Part shown: piece by piece, positions 1-12,645 of the stretch
Position numbering within the stretch: the stretch's first letter is position 1
How the letters are laid out: every line of letters starts with the position of its first letter
Source of the DNA: an uncultured virus (IMG/VR IMGVR_UViG_3300037397_000012)
Lineage: Duplodnaviria; Heunggongvirae; Uroviricota; Caudoviricetes
IMG/VR virus record: IMGVR_UViG_3300037397_000012
DNA: 64,000 nt
Strand: one strand, 5' to 3'
Notes under the pieces: model-generated
What the model was told of the DNA's origin: nothing
What the model saw: the letters and a program-made list of their open reading frames with translations, nothing else
Databases searched by the model: none
Position numbers and translations under genes: made by a program

Positions 1-331
1 TATCTTATCAACTTTTCAGTCTAATGCTGTTGCTACTGCTAATTCTGTTGGATATAATGTATCATTAGCTAATGATGAATCTCTTACTGTTGTTGTCTTA
101 TTTGCTAACTCTTCATATAAATCTCAACTTAAATCAAGACTAAGTAGATAATCTAATCAAGTTTTATATGTATTTGTAAAGTCATTAGTACTTAATCATT
201 TACCAGTTATCTTATCAACTTTTCAGTCTAATGCTGTTGCTACTGCTAATTCTGTTGGATATAATGTATCATTAGCTAATGATGAATCTCTTACTGTTGT
301 TGTCTTATTTGCTAACTCTTCATATAAATCT
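1..331. repeat. ~124-bp exact direct repeat (1-124 and 208-331) inside the tail gene
   Basis: Identical text tatcttatcaacttttcagtc...ctcttcatataaatct twice; period 207 bp = 69 codons. Confidence 0.9.
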
Positions 332-954
332 GTATTTATATTTTCAAGTTTTTCTTTTAATTCAGCTGATAATCAATTAGAAATATTTTTAGTCTTTACT
401 GTATCTATTCAAGATATATTACCAGACAACTCTACAAATATCTCTCATATATAAAATTTATCTGTAAGTTCATCTGTTGTTACTATAAATTCTTTATTAT
501 CTAAATCTATATAAACATTATTATCTTGTCATAAAACAAGTACTCATTCTGTTTCTGTGTCATAATCTGGTATCTCTACCATTTCTCAATTTATAAAAAA
601 GTGTCATCATTTAATAATACAATTTTGATTTGATTTTTGAAATATGAAATCTTGTTCACTTAAATTGTCTAGTATATAATTCATACTAGCTATTGGATCT
701 AATACTACTTGTGCTCATATATCATGAACAACAGGTAGACTTCTATTTACTCAATAAACATAAACAGTATTAGCTTCTTTTCTGTGATAGAAAAGTCTTT
801 CTTCTTTTAAGTCTATATTTTTGTCTATGATTATAAATCACATAGGACTATCCAATTCAACAGAAAGCAATATAGGTATTTCACCAGTAGCTGTTGATGG
901 AACAGTTGCTAATAATTGTGATAAATATTCATATTGTAAATTATGGTTATTCAT
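1..954 (-). CDS. Tail/minor structural protein (runs off left window edge)
   Basis: ATG at 954; with TGA=Gly reads DGKVDKITGKGLSTNDFTNTYKTGLD, a common phage tail/head-fibre motif; internal 207-bp-period repeat. Confidence 0.7.
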
Positions 955-961
955 TTTAGTT

Positions 962-1249
962 TTATATTACAGAGGTAAGTAGTCACTCATTGAAAGTCAA
1001 TGTTTTTCAATCTACTATAAAAGTTCATGTATATCAAGCTGAAAATTTAGAAAATATATTTGATACATCAATTTGTAAATTTCATACATCTGTTTGTATT
1101 CAAGAAACTGTTATTTCTAAATTATCTAAATTATCATTAATCTCAGATATAATATTGTCTCTTTCATTAAATTCTTCATTCAATCATTCATTATCAAATC
1201 AATCAATATCTCATGTCATAGAGTTATAAACATCTCTTCTTTTAGCCAT
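962..1249 (-). CDS. Hypothetical virion protein, 95 aa
   Basis: ATG GCT AAA...TAA open with TGA=Gly; C-terminus AGYTGTFIVDGKTLTFNEGLLTSVI is tail-protein-like. Confidence 0.65.
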
Positions 1250-1254
1250 AATAA

Positions 1255-2700
1255 TTATTTTACATTATAAACCTTTTTTAATGCATCTGATCTTTTTTTA
1301 GCTATAGCTTGATAATCTTCTTTTGATAAGTCTCATGATTTATATTTATTATAATCATTTATTGTTGTCTCTTTTATAAGATTATAAAAGTCAGAACGAG
1401 ATATATCTGTTTTTCATCATCATGTCTTTACTTTATTTAATGCTCAAGAGATATCATCCCTTACTGTTCTTGATAATATATTTCTATCTGTCGCTAACCT
1501 ATCTTCTGTTCTATCTATATTATCAGGATCTCTTATATCAGATACTGGCTCTTTGTATATAGATTTTCATGCTATTGTGTTAGCTTGTATTTGCCTACTG
1601 GTTTCAGTATTTAAATCACTTCTTTCTTCGGTTTGTCTTCATCTTTTAAGTGCTTCATCATAACTTTCTTTTTCTCTATCAGATAATTCATCATAAAGTT
1701 TCTGTGATGCTGTTCATGTCAATATGCTTTCATCCATAGCATATTGTCATTCTTTTCTTACTTTAGCAACTAAATCATCTAATGTTGCATTAGGATATTT
1801 AGCTACTAATTGCTCATATTGTTTATCTAAATATGTTGCTCATTTTTCTCATTTAGTTAAATCTCTTAGGAATGCAATCTTTGTTTCTAGATCATAAGAT
1901 GCAAATTCCTTATTTCTATCTTGTATTCTCTCAGAAATCATTCATCTCATATCCTCTTCTGATGCTTTTTGTTTTACAAATCATTGATAAAATGTTTCAA
2001 CATCTTTGATTGCTTTTTCGTCTCAAGCTTGTGCTTTATCTATTGCATCAAATATATATGAGTTTTCTTTATCTAATAATGCATCTTTAAATGCATCTCT
2101 CATATTTTTGTCTTCTAGTTCTTTTATTCCAACATTAAGCAAATCTTTATCAAGTTCTCTTTTGTTTTCTAATTCATATTGTTCTGCTGATAATATATTA
2201 GTTGCATATTTTCAAATAATATCATTTTTTATGTTTGCTCTTTGTCATTCATCATAAACATCTCAGTATCTTCAAGCTTTTGCTTCTGTTATGTTAGCCT
2301 CTCTAGCTGCTATTCTTCTTTGTTCATCTGTTATATCATCTAGAGTATCATATCTTTCATCTGATCTATCTCTAAACTTATTTGTTTCATTTAAGAATTC
2401 TTCTCTTGTTTCATCTGACCTTGCTATTTTTTCGTCACTAGCCGCTGACTCTATATCAACTTTTTGTTTAGCTCTATCAAAATACATCTTCTCTAAGTTT
2501 CAAGCTGTTGCTAATGCATTCTTCTCATACTCTTTACCTGTTTCTCATAACTTCTCTAAGTTATAGTTAGGGTTGCTAGATGTTACAGATAATCATAATT
2601 GTCATGATTTGTTAAATTCTTGCAAATCTTCATTAGTTAATTCTCATGCTTTATATTTATCCTCTATCTGTGTGAATAAATTTTGTACTGCTTCTAGCAT
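1255..2700 (-). CDS. Coiled-coil putative ejected/internal virion protein, 481 aa
   Basis: Both ends read in one code-25 frame that contains track ORF 2272-2487; charged helical composition; follows the tail genes. Confidence 0.6.
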
Positions 2701-2734
2701 TTTTTAAATATTTTATGAATTAAATTTAAATATT

Positions 2735-4540
2735 TTATGAAATGAAATTCCTTTCATTTAAGAATATATTACTTGTTTTGTATAGTAAGTAAGAATATCA
2801 ATAGATAAATCTATTATATCAATTGAAATCAAATTTTATATATCTTCAAGCTCTCATTACTGGCTTCTGTATTGAAGCTATATTTCAATTATGTGTATTC
2901 TTATATCAAGGTATTGAAAAGAAAGCATCCATACTTAATTCATGATCAGCTGGTAATGTATCAAATGTCATATCCCTTATTTCTCTTTTTATTTCTTTTA
3001 TAGAATGTGTAGATTCAATCTTTATATCTATATCTAATTCTAATCGTTCTTCTTTTAAAAGTCAAAATATAGTTCTTATCAATCATATCTGTATTGAATG
3101 TCATTTAACTCATAGAGTGAAATTTATTGATTGTTTATATTTTTTTCATAAATCTGTAAATCATCATATATTACTAACATGTCACAAACATAAAAATTGA
3201 TCTGTTTTTTTATTCACTATATTTCATTCATATGTATGAATTAACCAATGATTATACTCTTTGTCATATTCATAATTTATTGTATTTCAATCTTTTTGAT
3301 ATAAGAAATTTATAAATCTATTTGACTTTGAATCATTGCAAAATACTTTTCATTCTCAGTAATCAGCTACATCTTCAAACATTCATCTAACAGATGTTAC
3401 AATAGATTTTGCTCATAATTCAAATGCTGTATTGTTTAATGAATTTAAACTTATTTCCATTAACTGTTTATCTTTTTGTAAAATATATAACATACTATCA
3501 GTAAATATATAACTATATTTGCTATATAAATCACTATTGTAATTCAATGGATACCAAGTATATCATAAAGATGTATCTATATTATTTGCTTCAACTATAA
3601 GCCTATTATCTTGTCACATGGCTATTAGATGTTTTCACTTACTTATTAACTTATAACATCAAGGCAATCTTTTCCTATCCAAGGCTGAATAGAATTGTAC
3701 ATTATCATCAAATGTTGCTTGTGAAAAATATACAACTTCATTCTTTAATGCAAACATTACATTACCATATTGTACTATATCTTCTATATCTCATGGTAAA
3801 ACATTACTATAGCCGCAAGTATTTTGTCAGTTTATATGAATACATATAACTCAATCAACTGTTCATATAACTGGTATCATTCAAGTTTCACTATATATAT
3901 CTATATGTTCTCAATTAAGAGGAAGACTACCTCTTGAGTTTGTTCATAAGATATATATTTTTCAATCTTGATATAACTCAATTTCTACTGTTCATCAAGT
4001 AAGTATTCAATCTTTAAATAACACATAATCTCAAGCTGATATATTATATCAAGTTCAAACTTCAATTACTATGTAAGCTCCATCATATATGCTTAACTCA
4101 TTTCTTATTGTAGCATCTTCATCTAATTCTAATCAGCTAACTATTTCTAAATTAGATTCTAATATTTGTCATCTAGCTCACTTTCATACAGCAAATCTTA
4201 TAGGATTTATATCATTATAATTAAATGGTCAACATATATTATTTATTCCTGTATTTGTTTTAACTCATACAAACCATTGTGTATTAGAATGAAATAGATA
4301 ATATTTTTCTCAATATAATTCTATATCGTCTGTGTAATTTAATGTTTTATCTATTACAAATTCAGACATTCAAAACCTTTTATCAAGAAAAAATTCAGTT
4401 CAATATATTCATTTATTAGTTCATAATAATCATTCTTGATCTTCGTAAGTAGGCTTAACAACTCTACAATTATATATCTTATCATATATTGTATTTGTCT
4501 TTCATACTTGTAAATCAACTATAGCCTCACTTACTTGCAT
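2735..4540 (-). CDS. Tail tube/stabilisation-type protein (P22 gp10-like by size and position), 601 aa
   Basis: Both ends read in one code-25 frame; beta-rich; C-terminal MRAGRYIKFDF; downstream of the neck gene. Confidence 0.55.
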
Positions 4541-4545
4541 TGTTT

Positions 4546-4938
4546 TTATATTAAGTCAGATAAATATATTTCTTTATTTCATTTGTATTTATTTATAGCA
4601 TTTATAACACATAATAATCATAGACAAAATGACATCTTTTTTCTTGTCTTCCTTATATTTAGCTTTAGATAATCATCCATTACCTTATAATTTATTTTCA
4701 ATACATCATTTATATCTCATCATAAAACCTCTGATCATACAATTGAGAATCAAGCATTAACATACATAGATGTATCTCAACTAAATCATAATTCTTTTAC
4801 TTTATTATCTTCTATCTTCATAAAACAAGATAATTTATTTCAGCAACTTCAATCGTTTCAAGAGTAAGTTATATTGTATTCTTTTAATCATCATGCAAAG
4901 CTAGGATACATTGCATGATGTTTAATTAATTCATTCAT
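4546..4938 (-). CDS. IscU/SufU (NifU_N)-like Fe-S scaffold homologue, 130 aa
   Basis: MNELIKHHAMYPSFAGGLKEYNITYSGNDGSCGNKLSCFMKIEDNKVKELGFSG...GLLCVINAINKY follows the NifU_N pattern (H..P..G, SCG, KIED.K, F.G). Confidence 0.7.
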
Positions 4939-4939
4939 A

Positions 4940-5584
4940 TTATTGTATATTAACTTGTTGATTTGAAGAGAATATATCTCTTCTTTCTAATTCTTTAAGT
5001 CTTGACTTTCCATGCTCAAAGAAGTTATATGCATTACCATCTCATTGGAAGAAAAATAATGGAGATGCTGTATCATATATCAACTTTATTAAAGCAGGTA
5101 TATAAGCGAATGGTACTGGTACCTCTCTCTTCCTATCTTCATCTGTAAGCATTTTATTTCTTATATAATCCCTATTATAATTAACAGATAATGTTTCAAA
5201 TGATCAATCTTCTACATTTGTAGCAAATATAGTATTTGTTCATTTCTTATAATGAAATTCCATAACATTTGTATGTGGCATTGTGTTAACAAGATTAATA
5301 CTCATATCATCTCATTCATCATTTATTAATAACTCATGTATTAAGTTTATTGGTTTTTTTGTTTTAAACATTAAATACTTTCAGTTATATAGATCGCTTT
5401 CAGCTTGTATACTTTCATATTCTGCTGTAAATGATAAGTCACTATTATTAAACATATCCTGTATTGATAGATTAATTATATGTGATATTTCTGTTGGTGA
5501 CATATAATCCTCTCATCAATTTGCTAGGAAATAAGGATGTAACATTCATAATAATTCAGCATATGTTATATATGTATTATTCAT
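4940..5584 (-). CDS. Head-tail connector/neck protein, 214 aa
   Basis: Code-25 frame directly after the major capsid gene; N-terminal IINLSIQD helix typical of adaptors. Confidence 0.55.
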
Positions 5585-5603
5585 ATTCTTTTTTATAATA
5601 AAT

Positions 5604-5629
5604 AAAGAGGTCTAATAATAGACCTCTTT
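5604..5629 (-). terminator. Intrinsic terminator-like hairpin after the capsid gene
   Basis: aaagaggtcta-ataa-tagacctcttt perfect inverted repeat. Confidence 0.7.
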
Positions 5630-5682
5630 TACTAATTTTACTAGAATCTCTAGTATAGAGACTATCATTATTTTAATCAATA

Positions 5683-7077
5683 CTAGAAATCAAAGTTCTC
5701 TAATCTGAAATATGTATCTCTAAATGAGAATCATCCATATATATAACCAAGTGTCATATACTTTTGGTAACTTGAACATCCTATTTTATCCTTAGGAAGT
5801 TTTTCAGTTACTATCTTACCTAGTTGATTATCCCATGTTTTAACCTTTCAGTTAAATTCTACATTAATAACTGGTGGTATAAATAATGCAATCATATCTT
5901 TAGGTAAGATATATGCTATTGGTGTATCAGGATTATCAGTACTTAGTGATTCAGATAAGTAAATTGTAGGAACTGCAAAATCATCACTTTGTGGTGCATA
6001 CTTATGTAAACCACTATAAAGACTATTTTCTTTAATAAGTGATACAACTCTTGGGAATTCAATTTTCCTTAGCTCATCATGCATTTTTAGATAAGATTTA
6101 TAGAATGAGTTGTTGATTAACATCACCCATTCAGTATCTACTGGAGCCATCTTCACTCTAGACCATACATCTATTAGTCTTGCATTAAACTCTTCTGCTG
6201 TTGTGTCAGCTGTAAAGTCTATAACTGAATCTAATCCATTAGCATCTCTAAGTGAAATTAATGTATCATATCCCATAGGTTCTGATTCAGATCCTGATAT
6301 ATTTCTACCATATCTAAACTTATCCGCTGCCTCTTGCCAGATTTGTCTATCTGCAGCATACATTGTTCTAAAGTAAAAGTCTTCTGCTTGTTGACTATTT
6401 TTCATAAAACATTTGTTCATATCTTCTATCTTTACATCAAATGTTCTAGCGAATATACCATAATAGAAAGTAAATTCTTTACCATTACCGTATTCATCAC
6501 TAACTCATTTAAGTACAGTATTACACCATGCTTGTTTAGATCCTATAAATCTTATATAGTCACCATCAGCTATTGTTACATTTTGATCAAATACAACTTC
6601 ATTTGTTCATGCATTTACTGATGTTACTGAAACTGTAGCTGGTACTGTAATATTTGTAGAATCAGACTTAATTATTCTTATAGTATCTCATGCTATTAAG
6701 TTACCTACACTAGTAAATGTACCAGTATTTGATGCACTTATATCTCATACAGCTGCCATCATTACTGCCTCGTTACTAAGCTCAGTAAGTTGTATTCATT
6801 TTTCTACTGGTGAATATTCTTTATAAAGCCTACCAAGACTTTTAACTTCTGCCATCTTCTCTTGAGTGTTTCTCCTTGGCATATTCATTTCAATCTTACC
6901 TGATTCTTCAAATAGAGGTAGGTTAACATCTAATGCTAACATCATTAGTTCTCATAGTTTTTTATCTGTCATTGCAGTTAAATACAACATAGGCTCTTCA
7001 CAACATCTTTGTAGTAAATCTTTTACTACAATATCTGTTCCTATTGTTGAGTTTGGTTGTGTTGATTGGAATCACAT
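5683..7077 (-). CDS. Major capsid protein, 464 aa
   Basis: Contains track ORF 5848-6420, extended through TGA=Gly; lies after portal and scaffold; includes a beta-rich inserted segment. Confidence 0.7.
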
Positions 7078-7096
7078 AATTAATTATAATTAAATT

Positions 7097-7807
7097 TTAA
7101 AATACCATTGTTCATTCTAAAGCTCACTTAGGTTCACTAGTATCTAGTGATCAAGCTATAGAATCAGACAAAGTTGTTTGTGCTATATTTGATAGTCACA
7201 ATCATAAATCTCTTTTTATAAGTTCTTTTATTTTATCTAAAGCTGCCTGATCTCATTTTTTAGCTTTAGGATAGTTATGTTTAAGTATGACTATTTCAGG
7301 ATCAAGACTAGCATCTTGTCCAAACTTCATATACTCAGCATTTTCTAACTCCAATTTCTCTAACTTACTTTGTAGAGTCTTTATTGTTTTTAATGCTTTT
7401 TCAAGTCATTCTTTACTTCTATTACTTCAATCTCAATCTGATGTTTGACTATTTCATTCTTCTTCAGTTCATTCTATTTCTACATTTATTAAGTCCTCTA
7501 TCTCTTTAAGATCATCCGTTAAATCCTCTGTGACTTCAGACACCAGTCTTTCATCTTTCATTTTTTCTGCTACAGTATCTTCATCAATCTTTTCTGATTC
7601 TTCCTGAGTTTCTTGTTTATCCAACTCAGATCATGTAGTTTCTTCTTTGACTGTATCTAATGTATTATCTTCTCACTCTACTGATGTTGATGTATTTTGA
7701 TCTTCATTAGTTCATTGTACCCCAACTTCAACAGAAGTAGTTTCTTCTACTAATGTTCAGTCATCATTAATTGGATCTCAAAATACTGTGTACTTAGTCA
7801 TTACCAT
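7097..7807 (-). CDS. Capsid scaffolding protein, 236 aa
   Basis: Acidic low-complexity N-half plus coiled coil, immediately upstream of the capsid gene. Confidence 0.65.
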
Positions 7808-8138
7808 TTAACTTATCAAATAAAATAGCTGACATACTATCAAGAATATCTGTAATATATCATAACTTAGGAATATTTTCATAATCCTGTTCTTGCATTA
7901 TTTTTTGAATTCTTGAGTAATACTCAACATTTATTATGTCAAATAACTCCTTTAGAATTTCAACTCAATGCCTCTTTGTGAATAACTCTAGGTCATCATT
8001 TAGTTCAACTATATTTCAATAGTTATCTATTTTAGGTAGGGTATGTCTATTAATACCTCTACTTAAACTATTCTCATTATATAATTTGCGATAAATTTTG
8101 TCAAGGAAAACAATTATAGCTTTAAGCATTCTTTTCAT
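7794..8138 (-). CDS. Hypothetical protein, 114 aa
   Basis: Open code-25 frame between portal and scaffold. Confidence 0.6.
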
Positions 8139-10070
8139 TTATAATAAATTATCTAATAAATTATCTGTTTGTTCTTGTACTATTGGTTCTCATGTTTCTA
8201 TATCTATATCTTTTGATTCAACTAAATCTTCTACATCCTCTATTGTTCATCATGCTCACTCTGTTCATTCTTCAATATTAACTAATTCACTAATCTCTTC
8301 AATTCATTCATCTTGTTTTTGTGGATATATATTTAAAACATCTTCTGGTGTAACATCCATATCTCATGCTAACATTCTTCATAATGCATCTACATTAATT
8401 TTATCTTCTCATTGTTTTTTGTATTGTTCTAATATTTGAACAACATCCATTATTATTTTCTTCTGTGATTCTTTTTTAAGATTAAACATAGAATCAAATT
8501 TAAATGATATATTGTTTTCGTTTATTATTTCTTTTATTGATATTCAATCAACCTTTATGTCTGTCACAACTCATTTAGTTTTTATCTTCTCTATATCTAT
8601 TCAATATAATTTATTTAATTCTTCTTCGTCATAATAGTTTAAATACTGCAATACCCATCATTTAACTATCTTTGACATAGCTAGATCAATTGAATCAGTA
8701 AATGGTGTTAATCTAGATTTGTATTGACTAAAAGCAAAATCAAATGCTCATGCTATTCTTTGAACTCTTGAGTCTCATCATATAATCATTTGATTCACTC
8801 AGGTTAAACTTTGTGCTATTGATTGTAATGATTGTATTCAATTCATTGAACTAAAGTCTGCTCATCATAAATCTAGTCTTTGTAATTTTCAATTTATAAT
8901 TCTTCAATTCTCTATATCAACTTTATTATTTTTATTTTTATTTAACATTCATTCTTCTGCAAACATAATTGTATTTGATAGTTTTAAGCTATCTAAAAAC
9001 ATATTAAGCATTCATGTTACAGTATCTTGCATCTTTCATAATATATCCGACATTCATAAGCTTGTACCAGCTCATGGCATTTCATTATATTTACATGATA
9101 CAATATTAAACATTCAGCTTTTTATTTGTTGTGTGTAAATGTATTCTCAATTAACAAACACATGCTTATCTTGTCATATTAAAATTTCAACTACCTCATT
9201 CTTTAAATCAAAATCATTTAAGTATGGAGAATTTAATAAGCTTTCTTTTATCTTATCTGATTGACATAAATTAGCATTCAATGATGAATCCTTTTTTATA
9301 TATTGTAAAGATGTTGTATAATTCTTTTCCTGTTTATTGTTATCATTTTTTTCTCATCAAATCATTTCAGCAAATTTATGTGAAAACATAAGTCATTTAA
9401 TTGCTTCATAATTAAGATAAGAGAATGCTCTGTTATCATCTCATTTAAGTGTTTCTATTTTATCTCTTGCTTTTTCTAAGTCTGACTTTCATCATCATTC
9501 TGGTTTTACATTACTTAATCATGATTTTTTCAATACATCATCTGTGCTTAAAAATTGTCTAATTATAACATAGTCAGAATCTTCTAATCATCTAAGTCTA
9601 TCATACATTACATTGAATATAGATATATATTCCATTGTTGGATTCTTTTCGTTTACTTCAATTTTATCATCTAATATATCGTAATTAGTTTTCTTATTAT
9701 ACATAAAGTCTCTGAATATTCACTGTCCTGTAATTATTCATTCTTTAGAAACTAATCATAAAACTTTTTTTCATCTTCATTTATAATCAAAAGCATCTAT
9801 ACATGCTTTAGTTAAATTCTCAGATATTAATTTTAATTGATAATCAAAATCAAATATAGTTGAGAATATTGTATCAACCATCATTGCTGTTAATGGATAT
9901 GATACATTCATTTGCCAGTTTTTTATTTTTGTAGATCTTTCTCTGACATCTCATATATATTTCTTATAAGACTCAATATGTCTTGAGTATTCATAATTAT
10001 GAAAATCTAAAATATTATCACTTATAAGATTATAATATTTAGATATCTCTTCCTTTTTTAAATTTCACAT
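8139..10070 (-). CDS. Portal protein, 643 aa
   Basis: Follows terminase; N-terminal YKKYIG...NWQMNVSYPLTAMMVDT resembles P22-like portals; acidic C-terminal tail. Confidence 0.75.
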
Positions 10071-10075
10071 ATTTT

Positions 10076-12289
10076 TTAATAATTAAATGATCAATGTGTA
10101 TTATTTTCATTATAGTTGTCATCATAATAAATGTCCAGTATTTTATCTGATGAGTTAGCTTCTGAGTATTCTTTTATATCATCTTTTGTTTTTAATGACA
10201 TTAATATTCTTATTAATGCATTTATATTTACATAAGAATGAACTATATCATCATCTTTCTTTCAGTCTTTCTTTTTTCATTTATAAAATATAGTTGTACT
10301 TCTTTCTGATTTCTTTGCTTCTATTCTTCAAAATTGCTCAATTAAATCTGTACATGAATGATTTATTTTAAATATATTACTTAATGCATCTGATGCACTA
10401 AGAAAGCATGTTCATTTATTTATAGTAAAATATTCTTTTCATGTTCAGTCTATTTTTCTATTAGCTCAGTTTTGATTACTAGTCATTTTTATCCAATAAT
10501 CTATGAGTAGATTATCATCATTCATTGCTACTGTTTCTCATATAGGTCATCATCTATCTCATACTATTACACAATTTTCATATTTATTCTTCATTTTCTC
10601 TACATCCTTAAGTATTGATTTATAATCTAATGGTCATAATTTCTTTCATTCCTCTATTGTTAAAGTTCTTCAATTTATTATAACTCTTCATACTGAATCA
10701 CTTAATGAAGCCATGTCATATCATATAAATCTATAGTCACTATCCGCTGACATTCATCATTCTGCTGTTATCCTTCATGTTACATCAAATACTTTTTTAC
10801 TAGAAAAGAAAGCACAAAATAATCTTTTTAATACATACTTCTCATCTTTTCTTTCTAATGTATCGTTTATTCTTGATTCTATATCTTTATCAAATCTACT
10901 TCTTATATTCTTAAATAAATCATTATCATAAACAGCTGATGTGTTAGCTCTATATTTATCATACATATCTTTATCTCTCATGCTTCAATCTTTATTCATA
11001 AAGCGAGGAAGTATATGATTATTATAAAATACTATTGAATCTTCTGTTGCTGATGATCTTATAGAGTTATATCTTTCAAATCATCATGCTTCTCATTTTA
11101 TAAATTCATCATACATCCAATGATCTATTATTGTTTCCTCATTCATTGTTGATAATATAAGTATCCACTCAGATTCATCCAATGCTCTATCGGTAAATGA
11201 ATTCCAGAATCTCTGTGGCATCCTAAATCATTCATCTATTATTCAGCAGTCACAAGCTAATCAGTCACCATCAGATAAATCAGTATCTCATCACCTAAGA
11301 CTTCTAACTGATGTAACCTCAAATTTATTTCATGTTAGATTACAAAGTATTGTCTGATTATTTTTATTTATTCTAAATAATGGTTTTCATTTATTCTTTC
11401 ATACTTCTATTTCTTTATTTACTAAGTCTCATAAATAATCTTCTATATAATCCATTACTTGTCCTCATATTGATTTAGCATTATCAGTAAAGAATCTAAT
11501 CATTCTATATCTTCTCATACCATATCACTTTTTTTCTGCTAGTAATTCTTTACTTATTATCTCTCAAGCCGTAGATGTTTTACCTTGTTTTCTTGATGTT
11601 ACTCACATGTTTATCTGAGACCATCAAAATAAAAGTTTCATAGACCATACTGGTACAGCCATTGAGTCTCACATGTTTCACCTTAATAAATGTCAGTATG
11701 CATAATTTCTATGTGGATCTCATATAGTTTTATTGACATATCATAACTCTATTTCTTTTTCTAATATCTTCTCTTTAGATATTTGATTATAATAATCAAA
11801 CTCAAAAGCATTATAATATTGTATTTTATAATATGGATTTGGATCTTTGTTAAAGAACATATTCAATTTTCAATCTATAAATTGAACTCATATATTCTTA
11901 AATAATTCATACCATAAATGCAATATATGATCCGAAACAGTTCTCTTATCTTTAAAGAATTGATACAAGTACTTCGTATGTAAAAAGTTATGAACCTTTT
12001 TATATCTTTGTTTTTTTCATATTCATGGTAATACTATTCTTATTTCATCTCACATCATAAAGTTAGCTAGTCATCTTGTTTGTATATTAAATGAGTTATC
12101 TCACAAGATAATATTTCTTCATAACTTTCTATCTAATACTTTATATTCGCTTTCTTTATAATCAAATAATCACTTAGTCTTTTGTATTCATATTGAATCA
12201 ACTATAAGATTTCACATAAAACTAAGTATTTGCATGTGTTCCTTTTCAGATATTCCATCTGGTTTATCTATGTTTAATAATCAAATCAT
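10076..12289 (-). CDS. terL: Terminase large subunit, 737 aa
   Basis: Walker A VTSRKQGKTS (~11575-11605), Walker B IIDEG, coupling motif ILLST, nuclease-domain GYD; includes track ORF 10775-10981. Confidence 0.9.
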
Positions 12290-12291
12290 AT

Positions 12292-12645
12292 TTAATATTT
12301 AAGTACATCATCTGGTCATGGTGGATTTTTCCAGATGTTATTATTTTGTGTATTAAAATTTATTACAGGTCATTTATTACCTCATAATGTTCATGTCATT
12401 ATTTTTAATAATTTATCTGCTGCTTTTAATCTAGCATCATTATCAGGTATAGTTTCTCATTGTAAGTCACTTTTAACTGCCCCCTTCATCATATCAACAT
12501 AAAAGGTAGCGATAGCCTGTGTGTCTACTCACAATCCATCTATTGCCTTTAATAATTTAGATTCATTTAATATTCATCTTTCTTTTAAATCAGTCCTAAC
12601 TTCGTTGACTAATTGTGATCTATCTGTTGTTGTTAGTTCATTCAT
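12292..12645 (-). CDS. terS: Terminase small subunit, 117 aa
   Basis: PDNDARLKAADKLLK motif; directly upstream of terL. Confidence 0.7.

Noticed and set aside
10190..10204. Self-target of guide AATGACATTACC in terL
   Set aside because: Only a 10-nt match in AT-rich DNA behind TTTT; plausible by chance.
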